The translations under genes and the position numbers were made by a program. A stretch of 63,582 nt of DNA, counting the filler, from Thermoplasmatota archaeon (GTDB taxonomy: Archaea; Thermoplasmatota; E2; JACPAO01; JAHFTW01): the NCBI GenBank assembly GCA_041623215.1. It is 3 parts of 3 records of this genome, joined end to end, with 100 filler letters (N's around TTAATTAATTAA, not from the genome) between each part and the next. Parts side by side here need not be neighbours in the genome. Positions count along the whole stretch, not along the records: positions 1 to 24,413 come from JBFJXH010000012.1; 2 more parts are not named here. The stretch is one strand, 5' to 3'. Each line of letters starts with the position of its first letter. Within the stretch, counting starts at the first letter, position 1. This document shows, one piece after another, positions 1-8,388 of the stretch. A model generated the notes under the pieces. The model was not told where the DNA came from and made no database searches. It saw only the letters and a list, made by a program, of their open reading frames with translations.

Positions 1-19
1 CGACGCCCAGGGCCCCGCC

Positions 20-1495
20 GTGGCAGACCAACTCCGGCCGGATGGTACCATCGACCACGATGCCATTGCGCGACACATTGGCGAGCCCATTACGATTGAC
101 CATGACCACTTGAACCACGGCTTTCATCAGGCCCGACACAATATGGAATTCCTCGCCTGGTCGGACCTCGGCGTGACCCTGGGGGCAAACGGATTCGCGA
201 ATTTTGTCTTCCACGAAACACCTGGTGCCGACGGCAACTTGGGCACGAGCGACGACCGGCTGCTGGCCTTTGTAGCAATTGACGGGGACGAGGCGGGAGG
301 ATTCATCATCGCCGACATCACGGAGGTTGACGACATCCAAATCCTCGGCAGCGTGATGCAGCCCGGCAACGGCTTCCAAGAGGTGCGTGTAACGCCGGAT
401 GGCCGCTACGCCGTACTGAACGTGCAAGATTTGCCCACCGGTGGCACTGTTGGCGATGGCTTGGCAACGGGCGCGGGCGCTACCGTTTGTTCCTTTTGTC
501 TCCACTTCTACGACATCGCGGACCTCCGAGTCCCCCGCCACGCCGGCGCCGTGCCCGTTGAAGTCGTGGGCTCGCACAACATGGAGTTCGTGGCCTACGA
601 CGACGGTCTCTACCTCTTCTACGTAGCCCAGCCTGCCTACGTGGCCGGAGCTGGCATGAATCCGCCGCTTGGTAACGAGGTCAAGATGGCGCGCGTTGTG
701 GAAGCGCCCGATGGGTCCATCTCGTTGGCCAACTTGGCGAGCCTGCGCCTGGTCTCTGCCTACCCGGACCCGGAACGAAGTTTTCCCCATGATGTTTTGG
801 TGTTCGACCATCCGGACGGTCGGCGCCTCGCCTACGTGAGCCACTGGCAAGGTGGCATGGTCCTGTTTGACGTTAGCACGGTTCCGGCAACGGCCACCGG
901 TGGCGAAGCAGTTCTCATGCCGTTGGGGGTGTACGATGACCCCGCGCCGAGCGAAGTCTCGAACATCCATTGGACTTGGCAGGAGTCGGCCCCAAGGGCA
1001 GCCGGCCCAGCGGCCGGCAAGACCATTGCCTGGTCGGCACCCGAGATTGGTGCCCTAGCGTCCGGTAGCGGCGTCATTCGCTCGTACGACGTGACCGACC
1101 CGTCCGCGCCGACGCAGCTTGGCACGTGGGGCTTGCCCGGCAACGTCACCATTTCCGACCGGTTCATTTTCAGCGGTCACACGGCGATTCCTGACGAGTC
1201 GCGAGGACTCCTGGCGGTGGCCCACTACCACGCCGGTGTGTGGATACTAGACGCATCCGACCCGAGCAATCCCAAGGCGTTGGGCTTCTACTTGCCTCAT
1301 GGTGACCCAGGTGATCCCTACGATGGTCCCATTTGGTGGAAAAAACCCAATTTCAGCCCCGACGGCTTTGGACCCAATGTCTACCAAGCGCGCTGGGCGG
1401 CAGATGGCACGCTATGGGTGACGGATCGAGGCACTGGCCTGTATGCACTTCGCTACACGGGGCCGGTGCCAGGCCCCCTCGCCGACGCCTCGTGA
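20..1495 (+). CDS. LVIVD-repeat beta-propeller protein, probably 5'-truncated by the window edge
   Basis: Repeated hydrophobic-D-x-S/T-D-P motifs (IRSYDVTDPSAP, VWILDASDPSNPKALGFY) and His-containing blades; frame is open back to position 2. Confidence 0.7.
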   Translation: MADQLRPDGTIDHDAIARHIGEPITIDHDHLNHGFHQARHNMEFLAWSDLGVTLGANGFANFVFHETPGADGNLGTSDDRLLAFVAIDGDEAGGFIIADITEVDDIQILGSVMQPGNGFQEVRVTPDGRYAVLNVQDLPTGGTVGDGLATGAGATVCSFCLHFYDIADLRVPRHAGAVPVEVVGSHNMEFVAYDDGLYLFYVAQPAYVAGAGMNPPLGNEVKMARVVEAPDGSISLANLASLRLVSAYPDPERSFPHDVLVFDHPDGRRLAYVSHWQGGMVLFDVSTVPATATGGEAVLMPLGVYDDPAPSEVSNIHWTWQESAPRAAGPAAGKTIAWSAPEIGALASGSGVIRSYDVTDPSAPTQLGTWGLPGNVTISDRFIFSGHTAIPDESRGLLAVAHYHAGVWILDASDPSNPKALGFYLPHGDPGDPYDGPIWWKKPNFSPDGFGPNVYQARWAADGTLWVTDRGTGLYALRYTGPVPGPLADAS

Positions 1496-1576
1496 CCCTG
1501 CGAAGCGGTGGTAAGCCCGCGCGTTTGGCCCATCACCTTCATCAACGCGGGCCCTCCTGGCGGGCCGGGATGCACC

Positions 1577-1583
1577 AGGTGAT
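1577..1583 (+). promoter_or_regulatory. Shine-Dalgarno site AGGTGAT for top6B
   Basis: Complement of the archaeal 16S 3' end, 5 nt before the in-frame ATC at 1589. Confidence 0.65.
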
Positions 1584-1588
1584 GCCGT

Positions 1589-3694
1589 ATCGCTGCTAAG
1601 GCCATCGCGCAGGAACTGGCCAAGGGCCAGAAGGAAATCAGTGTCGCGGAGTTCTTCGAACGCAACCGACAGGTATTGGGTTTCGACTCGCCAACCAAGG
1701 GTCTCATCACGAGCGTCAAGGAAGCCGTTGACAATGCCCTTGATGCGTGCGAAGAGGCGGGCATCTTGCCCGACATTGATGTCACTATCGAGCCCACGGA
1801 ACACCGGGACGAACTTCGGCTCGTCATCGAGGACAACGGTCCCGGCATCGTTCGCAAAAAGATGGGCAACATCTTCGCGCAACTCCTGTACGGGTCTCGG
1901 TTCCATGCCATCCGGCAAAGTCGTGGCCAGCAGGGTATCGGCATCAGTGCAGTGGTCCTCTACGGGCAAGTTACCAGTGGCCACCACGCCATGGTTACGA
2001 GCAAGATTGGCCGGGGCCACCCGGCGATTCGGATGGAGTTGGGCATTGACACCAAATCGAACAAGCCCAAGGTGTTCAGCGAGGACATTGAGGTGTGGGA
2101 CGAGAAGGACCATGGAACCCGCATTGAAGTGGTACTGAAGGTCCGCTATCAGGGCGGTAAGCAGTCCGTGTTCGAGTATCTGCGGTCCACGAGCATTGTC
2201 AATCCGCATGCCCGTATCACCTTCACCGACCCGATGGGTCAAACCACATTGTTCGACCGTGCGAGCGACGAGGTGCCGGCCAAGACGACGGAAATCAAGC
2301 CTCACCCGCTTGGCACGGAGCTTGGTACCATCCTGAAGACGGCCAAGCACACGGAATTCAAGCGCCTCACGACCTTCCTCCAGAAGGATTTCGTCAGCAT
2401 CGGGGCGCAAACTGCCAAGGCCATCTTGGATGAGGCAGGCGTACCCAACGGCAACCCGGCCGACATTTCCCGCGACGACGCTCGACGCATCCATGATGCC
2501 TTCGAGAAGGTGCGCATTATGGCGCCGCCCACCGACTGTCTGTCGCCCATTGGCGAGTCCTTGGTTCGCCAGGGCTTGAAGAAGGAAACGACCGACGTCT
2601 CGCCCGAGTACATTGCAACCGTCACCCGCCCCCCGTCCGTGTGGGGTGGACATCCGTTCCAGGTTGAGGTGGGCGTGGTGTATGGTGGCACGCTGCCCAA
2701 GGATGGTCAGGTGCGCATTCTTCGCTTTGCCAACCGCGTGCCGCTGCTGTATCAGCAAGGCGGCTGCGGAGCCACGGCCGCGGTCCAAGACGTGGATTGG
2801 CGTCGCTATGGATTGGAACAACGCGCTGGCAGGGGCATCCCCAATGGTCCCGCCATCATCCTCGTCCACGTGGCCTCCACCAAGGTGCCCTTCACCAGTG
2901 AGGCCAAGGAAGCCATTGCCACCATGGAGGAGATTCACAAGGAAATCCGCCTGGGGTTGCAGGAGGCGGCGCGTGGCTTGGGTCGGCACCTGAAGAAGAA
3001 GGCCAAGCGCGCCAAGGTGTCCGAGAAGTTCACCTTGGTAACCAAGATCCTGCCGGAAATTAACAAGAAATCGGCCGCTATGCTTGGCAAACCCGAGGCT
3101 GACTTGGCGCCCATTGTTTGCAAGATTATGGATGTCGTGTGGATTGACGATGTGGCCGCTGAGTACGAGAAGCTCGAAGGCGAGGTGGTAGCCACGCAGG
3201 CTCCGACCCAGGTTGCCATGACGACAAGCGTCGCCGGCGCGGGCACGCTAGCAGCGTACGACCTCGACGCCTCCGAGGGCACTGCGGCAATCGATGCCGA
3301 CGATGCGGGTTCTGGTGAAGGGCCGGGCGACGGGGTGGAGGCGGCCGACGAAGCCCCCGCCGTGGAACCTAAGCCGGCTAAACCCAAGCAAGCGTACCTT
3401 GGGCAAGGCAAGATTGCCATCACGAATTACAAACAGAAGCCACAGGCGTTCAAGCTGTATGCGGTCTTGCCGGATGGTGGGGTTTTCGCTGAGGCCGAGC
3501 CCGCGCCCAGGAAGGTCGAGGAGCGTTTCGTCGTGTGGAACATTCCCAAACTCAAGCCCACGGAGCGCGTCGAGATTGATTTCCAAGTGGGGGGCATTGG
3601 AAAGGGTGACCTCGATGGCCTAGATCTGTATGTGGAAGGCATCAACGACCTACACGTGGTCGGGGCAGACCCGTGGCATGGAGGGGAGGCATAA
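1589..3694 (+). CDS. top6B: DNA topoisomerase VI subunit B (probable ATC start; ORF track starts at 1676)
   Basis: GHKL motifs [45 protein letters not shown]; conserved [11 protein letters not shown] segment lies upstream of 1676. Confidence 0.95.
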   Translation: MAAKAIAQELAKGQKEISVAEFFERNRQVLGFDSPTKGLITSVKEAVDNALDACEEAGILPDIDVTIEPTEHRDELRLVIEDNGPGIVRKKMGNIFAQLLYGSRFHAIRQSRGQQGIGISAVVLYGQVTSGHHAMVTSKIGRGHPAIRMELGIDTKSNKPKVFSEDIEVWDEKDHGTRIEVVLKVRYQGGKQSVFEYLRSTSIVNPHARITFTDPMGQTTLFDRASDEVPAKTTEIKPHPLGTELGTILKTAKHTEFKRLTTFLQKDFVSIGAQTAKAILDEAGVPNGNPADISRDDARRIHDAFEKVRIMAPPTDCLSPIGESLVRQGLKKETTDVSPEYIATVTRPPSVWGGHPFQVEVGVVYGGTLPKDGQVRILRFANRVPLLYQQGGCGATAAVQDVDWRRYGLEQRAGRGIPNGPAIILVHVASTKVPFTSEAKEAIATMEEIHKEIRLGLQEAARGLGRHLKKKAKRAKVSEKFTLVTKILPEINKKSAAMLGKPEADLAPIVCKIMDVVWIDDVAAEYEKLEGEVVATQAPTQVAMTTSVAGAGTLAAYDLDASEGTAAIDADDAGSGEGPGDGVEAADEAPAVEPKPAKPKQAYLGQGKIAITNYKQKPQAFKLYAVLPDGGVFAEAEPAPRKVEERFVVWNIPKLKPTERVEIDFQVGGIGKGDLDGLDLYVEGINDLHVVGADPWHGGEA

Positions 3695-3695
3695 C

Positions 3696-4814
3696 ATGGC
3701 TGATACGAAGCGACTGACCAAGAAGCAACGCGAGCAACTGGCCATCAAGGCGATGGATGGCATTGCCAGCGACATTTACACGCACCTCAAACATGGCGAG
3801 ATTCCGGCCCTTTCTCTTTCGAGCCGCACCAAGAGCAACATTGTGTTTGATGACATGCACCGCGTGTGGAAGTATGGCGCGGACCGAACGCAGCGGTCGG
3901 CCCACAAGCTCGACGGTGCCTTCATGCTTCTTCGAACCATGTACATGAGTGAGTTCATCAAGGACATGGTGCGCGATGACAAGTCCTCGACGTTGCGTGA
4001 AATGTACTACATTTCAGAAGGTTGGGAGATGGGCAAGTTCGGCGCCCAGTCAGAGTCGGATGGACTGGCCGAGGACTTGGAAGTCATGACCGGCCGCATG
4101 CGGGAGGACTTCAAGTTGCGTCCGGAGGAAAACGGCGCCGCCATGATTGGCGACTTGAAGGTGGTCGAGACGACGCGCACCGGGTCCAAGCGCACCATCC
4201 ACTGCCAAGATGACGTGGGCGATGCGGGCTACAACATTCCGTACAACGTGGAGCCCGACCGCCTGACCTTCAAAGATGTCAACGCGGACTTTGTCATCGC
4301 GATTGAGACGGGTGGGATGTTTGCCCGCCTAGCTGAGAACCAATTCGACAGTAGCCACAACGCTGCCCTGGTGCATTTGAAAGGGCAGCCGGCAAGGTCC
4401 ACGCGACGCCTCATCAAGCGACTGAATGAAGAAGCTGGCTTGCCCGTGGTGGTCTTCACGGACGGTGACCCTTGGTCGTTCCGCATTTTTGCCTCCGTGG
4501 CCTATGGTGCCATCAAGACGGCGCACATTTCGGAGTACTTGGCGACCCCGACTGCGCAATACCTCGGGGTCACCCCGTCGGACATTGTCAACTATGACTT
4601 GCCGCATGACAAGCTAACGGACAAGGACGTGGCCGCGCTGAAATCGGAGCTCGACGATCCGCGCTTCGGGGACGATTTCTGGAAGGGCGAGATTGAATTC
4701 CAGCTGCAATTGGGCAAGAAGTCGGAACAGCAGGCGCTGGCCAAATATGGTCTCGATTTCGTGACCGACACGTATCTGCCCGAGAAGTTGTCGGAAATGG
4801 GTGTGCTGTCCTAA
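3696..4814 (+). CDS. top6A: DNA topoisomerase VI subunit A
   Basis: STLREMYY (catalytic Tyr region), IAIETGGMF and FTDGDPW TOPRIM motifs, KSEQQAL; 1 nt after the top6B stop. Confidence 0.96.
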   Translation: MADTKRLTKKQREQLAIKAMDGIASDIYTHLKHGEIPALSLSSRTKSNIVFDDMHRVWKYGADRTQRSAHKLDGAFMLLRTMYMSEFIKDMVRDDKSSTLREMYYISEGWEMGKFGAQSESDGLAEDLEVMTGRMREDFKLRPEENGAAMIGDLKVVETTRTGSKRTIHCQDDVGDAGYNIPYNVEPDRLTFKDVNADFVIAIETGGMFARLAENQFDSSHNAALVHLKGQPARSTRRLIKRLNEEAGLPVVVFTDGDPWSFRIFASVAYGAIKTAHISEYLATPTAQYLGVTPSDIVNYDLPHDKLTDKDVAALKSELDDPRFGDDFWKGEIEFQLQLGKKSEQQALAKYGLDFVTDTYLPEKLSEMGVLS

Positions 4815-5076
4815 GGCTGCAAAGGAAGTGATGGGGTAACGCACAGCAGGGTGGCGTTCTCCTGATGCGAGCCTGGGTCGCGCGGCGTCCTGGGGCGGCG
4901 CGGGGAGTGGTTGCCCGGCCGGCGGGCGATGGGGCTTTTCCCAAACCTCTCCAGGGAGCAACCAAATCCATTAAATAGTGAGGAACGACCCATGTGTTTC
5001 TTGGTGAGGCCTTTGCCCCGTCCCAATGCAACAACAGACACGCACGACCACATTTACTGGTAAGTGCCTTCGACCC

Positions 5077-5334
5077 CTATTTCCTTTGGAGTTCCTGGCT
5101 ACCCTTGCCCTCGGGCAGTGGCCCCAAACCGAACATCTTGCACCAAGCCCGTCCCGGCATACGTGAAACGATTTCGTTGAACCGCGCGCGCGCCTCGCGG
5201 TCCCCTGCCAGGGCAGCCTTGTGCATCGGCGGCAGTTTAATGGCGTACACGACAAACATAGTCAGGTAGGCCAAGCCCCAAGCATGCAGCAACCAATCGG
5301 CCACGCTCCAAGTGAGGGGGTCAAACGGGGCCAT
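5077..5334 (-). CDS. small hypothetical membrane protein
   Basis: 85 aa with one hydrophobic segment; divergent from gdhA. Confidence 0.55.
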   Translation of the reverse strand: MAPFDPLTWSVADWLLHAWGLAYLTMFVVYAIKLPPMHKAALAGDREARARFNEIVSRMPGRAWCKMFGLGPLPEGKGSQELQRK

Positions 5335-5356
5335 GCCTAGCCATTCAGCACGGACC

Positions 5357-5364
5357 TTTAAATG
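5357..5364 (+). promoter_or_regulatory. TATA box for a probably leaderless gdhA transcript
   Basis: TTTAAATG about 27 nt upstream of ATG 5391 in a GC-rich context. Confidence 0.55.
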
Positions 5365-5390
5365 CCGCAGGGGTGGCGGCGCCCGAGCCC

Positions 5391-6683
5391 ATGCCCGACG
5401 ATGAGGCCCCCACCCAGATGAATCCCTACGAGATGGCCAAGGTGCAACTGCGCCACGTGGTCAAGCGGATGAAACTGGACCCCAATATCCACGAAGTCCT
5501 CCAGCACAGCCAACGTGCCCTGGAAGTCTCGGTGCCCGTAGTCATGGACAATGGCACCATCCGCATCTTCAAGGGCTACCGCGTCCAGCACTCGCAGGCA
5601 CGCGGGCCCGGCAAAGGCGGCGTACGTTTCCACCAAAACGTCACCCTCGACGAAGTCAAAGCGCTCGCCATGTGGATGACGTGGAAGTGCGCCATCGTAG
5701 GCATCCCCTACGGCGGTGCCAAGGGTGGCGTCGTTGTGGACCCCCGCGACCTAAGCCACGGCGAACTTGAGCGCCTGGCACGACGATACTTCAGTGAAAT
5801 CCAAGTCATCATCGGCGAAAACAAGGACATCCCGGCACCGGACGTCAACACCAGCGCCCAAACCATGGCGTGGTTCATGGACACCTACTCCATGAACAAG
5901 GGCCACGCGGTCCCGAGCGTCGTCACGGGCAAACCCATCGACATTGGCGGCTCGCAAGGCCGGGAAAAGGCGACCAGCCTCGGCATTGCCTTCTGCATCC
6001 GCGAAGCCGCCGCCAGCCTCGACCTCAAGCTCACCGGCGCAACCATTGCCATCCAAGGCTTCGGCAACGTCGGGGGCAACCTCGCTCCCATCGCGGCGGA
6101 AATGGGCATGAAAGTGGTCGCCGTGAGTGACGTCAATGGCGCCATCCACAACCCCGAAGGCCTCGACGTTAAGGCGCTCATGGCGTACGTCAAAGCCACC
6201 GGCAGCGTCGTCAACTTCCCCGGCTCAACGGCCATCCATAACGCCGAGCTGCTGGAGCTAGAAGTTGATGTCCTGGCCCCGTGCGCCCTGGAAGGTGTCA
6301 TTCACAAGGACAACGCCGACAAGCTTCGATGCCGCATCCTGGCCGAGGGCGCCAACGGACCCACGACGCCGCAAGCCGACAAGATTCTCACTGACAAGGG
6401 CGTCTTTGTGATTCCCGACGTACTCTGCAACGCCGGCGGGGTCACTGCATCCTACTTCGAATGGGTGCAAGGCCTCCAATCGTTCTTTTGGACCGAGGAC
6501 GAAGTCAATGAACGCCTCGACCGCATCATGACCACCGCGTTTCATGCTGTCACAGACATCTACGACGTCGAGAAGCCGAAGGACAAAGACGATGCCCATC
6601 CACTCACCATGCGCCAGGCCGCCTACATGCTTGCGGTCAAGCGCGTGGCGGAGGCCATCAAGAAGCGCGGCATTTACCCGTAA
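5391..6683 (+). CDS. gdhA: glutamate dehydrogenase (Glu/Leu/Phe/Val family)
   Basis: GPGKGGVRF, PYGGAKGG, DIPAPDVNT, QGFGNVG, EGANGP, NAGGVTASYFEWVQ. Confidence 0.95.
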   Translation: MPDDEAPTQMNPYEMAKVQLRHVVKRMKLDPNIHEVLQHSQRALEVSVPVVMDNGTIRIFKGYRVQHSQARGPGKGGVRFHQNVTLDEVKALAMWMTWKCAIVGIPYGGAKGGVVVDPRDLSHGELERLARRYFSEIQVIIGENKDIPAPDVNTSAQTMAWFMDTYSMNKGHAVPSVVTGKPIDIGGSQGREKATSLGIAFCIREAAASLDLKLTGATIAIQGFGNVGGNLAPIAAEMGMKVVAVSDVNGAIHNPEGLDVKALMAYVKATGSVVNFPGSTAIHNAELLELEVDVLAPCALEGVIHKDNADKLRCRILAEGANGPTTPQADKILTDKGVFVIPDVLCNAGGVTASYFEWVQGLQSFFWTEDEVNERLDRIMTTAFHAVTDIYDVEKPKDKDDAHPLTMRQAAYMLAVKRVAEAIKKRGIYP

Positions 6684-6733
6684 GGGCAGCCACGCCGCGC
6701 GGCTCAACGTTGCTGCTAGGCGGCAAACGCATC

Positions 6734-7087
6734 CTAGCGTAACTGCCAGACAACGAAGGCGAGTACCCCCGCATTGACAAGCAGCGTCACGCCCGCCCCC
6801 ACCAAAACGCCCTTCGTAAAGGCGGGCGTCCCGCGATGCTTTGCGACATACAACAGCGGTAGGACGTACACTACCTGGGCGACGCCAATTCCGTGCGCGC
6901 CAAGGAGCGCCCAATCACCATTGGGGTGGATGAGATCCTTGATGGTGAAGATTGTCGCCAGCCAAACTGCGGCGGCGGCAGCAACCGACAGGCCGCCTAA
7001 CAAGAACCAGCGGGCTTCGCGAGAGCCAGGTGCCGCTTCGCCCTCCCTTGGGTGGTCGTCCGGTGCCTGCGTAGCCACAATAGGCAA
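6734..7087 (-). CDS. hypothetical membrane protein (about 3 TM)
   Basis: Three hydrophobic stretches in 117 aa. Confidence 0.6.
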   Translation of the reverse strand: MPIVATQAPDDHPREGEAAPGSREARWFLLGGLSVAAAAAVWLATIFTIKDLIHPNGDWALLGAHGIGVAQVVYVLPLLYVAKHRGTPAFTKGVLVGAGVTLLVNAGVLAFVVWQLR

Positions 7088-7135
7088 GCCCTTGCCCTTT
7101 GCTTCAGGGTTGCGGTGTGGCCAATGGGTGGGCGC

Positions 7136-7381
7136 TTACTCGTTCCACTCGTCGGCGTACTCCATGTTCTCGAACTCTTCTTCCACCGAGAACTCAACGC
7201 CGCGGCCTTCCCGCGTGTGTTCGCCCACTGCGTACTCCAATTCGGCCGTCAGGTCGCGAAGGAGGCGCTCCAGGCTTTCGGCCCGGAATTCTTTGTCGCC
7301 TTCCGTTTCGCTCCACAGGACCGCTTGGAAGTTGCCTCGCTCGTTGCGTTCAATCTCAACGCGGGCTAGCGGTTCTTCCAT
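7136..7381 (-). CDS. small acidic hypothetical protein
   Basis: 81 aa, Glu-rich natural-looking composition, ATG start, fills the gap between genes. Confidence 0.65.
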   Translation of the reverse strand: MEEPLARVEIERNERGNFQAVLWSETEGDKEFRAESLERLLRDLTAELEYAVGEHTREGRGVEFSVEEEFENMEYADEWNE

Positions 7382-7524
7382 GAGGGGGCCCGACCGGGCC
7401 TTCGATTTAGCCGTTTGGGACGGTGCCGTGTGGTCTGGCGCTGCGCCGGGCGGGCCGAGGGGTCGCTAGCGCCCACAGCGGGTCCAAGCTGGTTCCTCAT
7501 ATACTGGGGGTTGGGTGTCGTGGC

Positions 7525-8388
7525 GTGTCGTCGCTTGGGGCTCGACTCGTGGTGGCTAGCCTGGTCTTGGCCAGCATTGGAAGCACTGGCTGCCTAGGGC
7601 ATGATATCTGGCGTGAGCCATTCACGTGGACCACCGTTGCCGAACTTGGAGAATCGGCCGATGCTGCGGCCGCGTTTGCCGGCGCGATTCAGAGCCTTGG
7701 CGAACAAGCATCTGGCCCGGGCGACCAAGTCGTGGATGATGTGGAATCTTTCCCTGACGGAGCGCCTTTTCAGAACTTGAAGGACTGGATGGAGCGTAAT
7801 CAACCCGGCAGCGGCGAGCAATTTGAGGATGCCGTGCGTGTCGTGACTGGTAACACAAGCGATGGCTATGCAACCTTGATGGGTCAGGCTGCGGAGGCCT
7901 ATCAAAACGCCACTGGGCCACTTGCTGGCACGGCGGAACCGGTGGCCTTCGAGGTGGCGGACCGGACGACGCGTGTTCGCTGGTCATTAGACGTCGTGCT
8001 CACGGGGCAGGAGGCACCCGAGCCGGGTCAGAACCCCCTTCCCGTAGGGGCGATGCAGGTGCGCATCGTGGACCCGAGTGGACGCGTTCGGGCGTCCTAT
8101 GACATTGATACGACGCGCAGCACGCGTGACATGGTCATTGAGGGCACGTGGGGCGACGAGTCCGAAGTCCGTTCGCATCTTGGCGGCGCGTGGTCGGTCG
8201 AGGTGGATGCCAACGCCGAGGGCGCCTGGAGTCTGGTAGTGGAGGCGTACGAGCCAGACTTTGACGATTGGAACATTTTCCAGGTCTGGCGGCACCACCG
8301 CCGTGGCGAAACCACCATGGACCGAGAGGGTCACGGGCGGCCGTCGGGCAATGGCACGGCAAGCGGCGCAGCGGAGGTCGTGTCATGA
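7525..8388 (+). CDS. putative lipoprotein upstream of MMPL transporter
   Basis: Hydrophobic signal ending STGCLG (lipobox-like); stop overlaps the next start (ATGA). Confidence 0.65.
   Translation: MSSLGARLVVASLVLASIGSTGCLGHDIWREPFTWTTVAELGESADAAAAFAGAIQSLGEQASGPGDQVVDDVESFPDGAPFQNLKDWMERNQPGSGEQFEDAVRVVTGNTSDGYATLMGQAAEAYQNATGPLAGTAEPVAFEVADRTTRVRWSLDVVLTGQEAPEPGQNPLPVGAMQVRIVDPSGRVRASYDIDTTRSTRDMVIEGTWGDESEVRSHLGGAWSVEVDANAEGAWSLVVEAYEPDFDDWNIFQVWRHHRRGETTMDREGHGRPSGNGTASGAAEVVS

Noticed and set aside
1412..2989. Long antisense ORFs such as 1412-2989, 27100-28386, 38366-39364, 43556-44557 and the upstream part of 41222-42736
   Set aside because: Shadow frames of real genes, expected with high GC3 codon bias; no motifs
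4826..4866. GTGATGG...CTGA as a second C/D box RNA
   Set aside because: Imperfect C box, no internal D'/C' boxes and no terminal stem
4940..4970. CAGGGAGCAACC resembling SRP RNA helix 8
   Set aside because: No GNRA-capped CAGG...AGCA stem and no surrounding SRP fold
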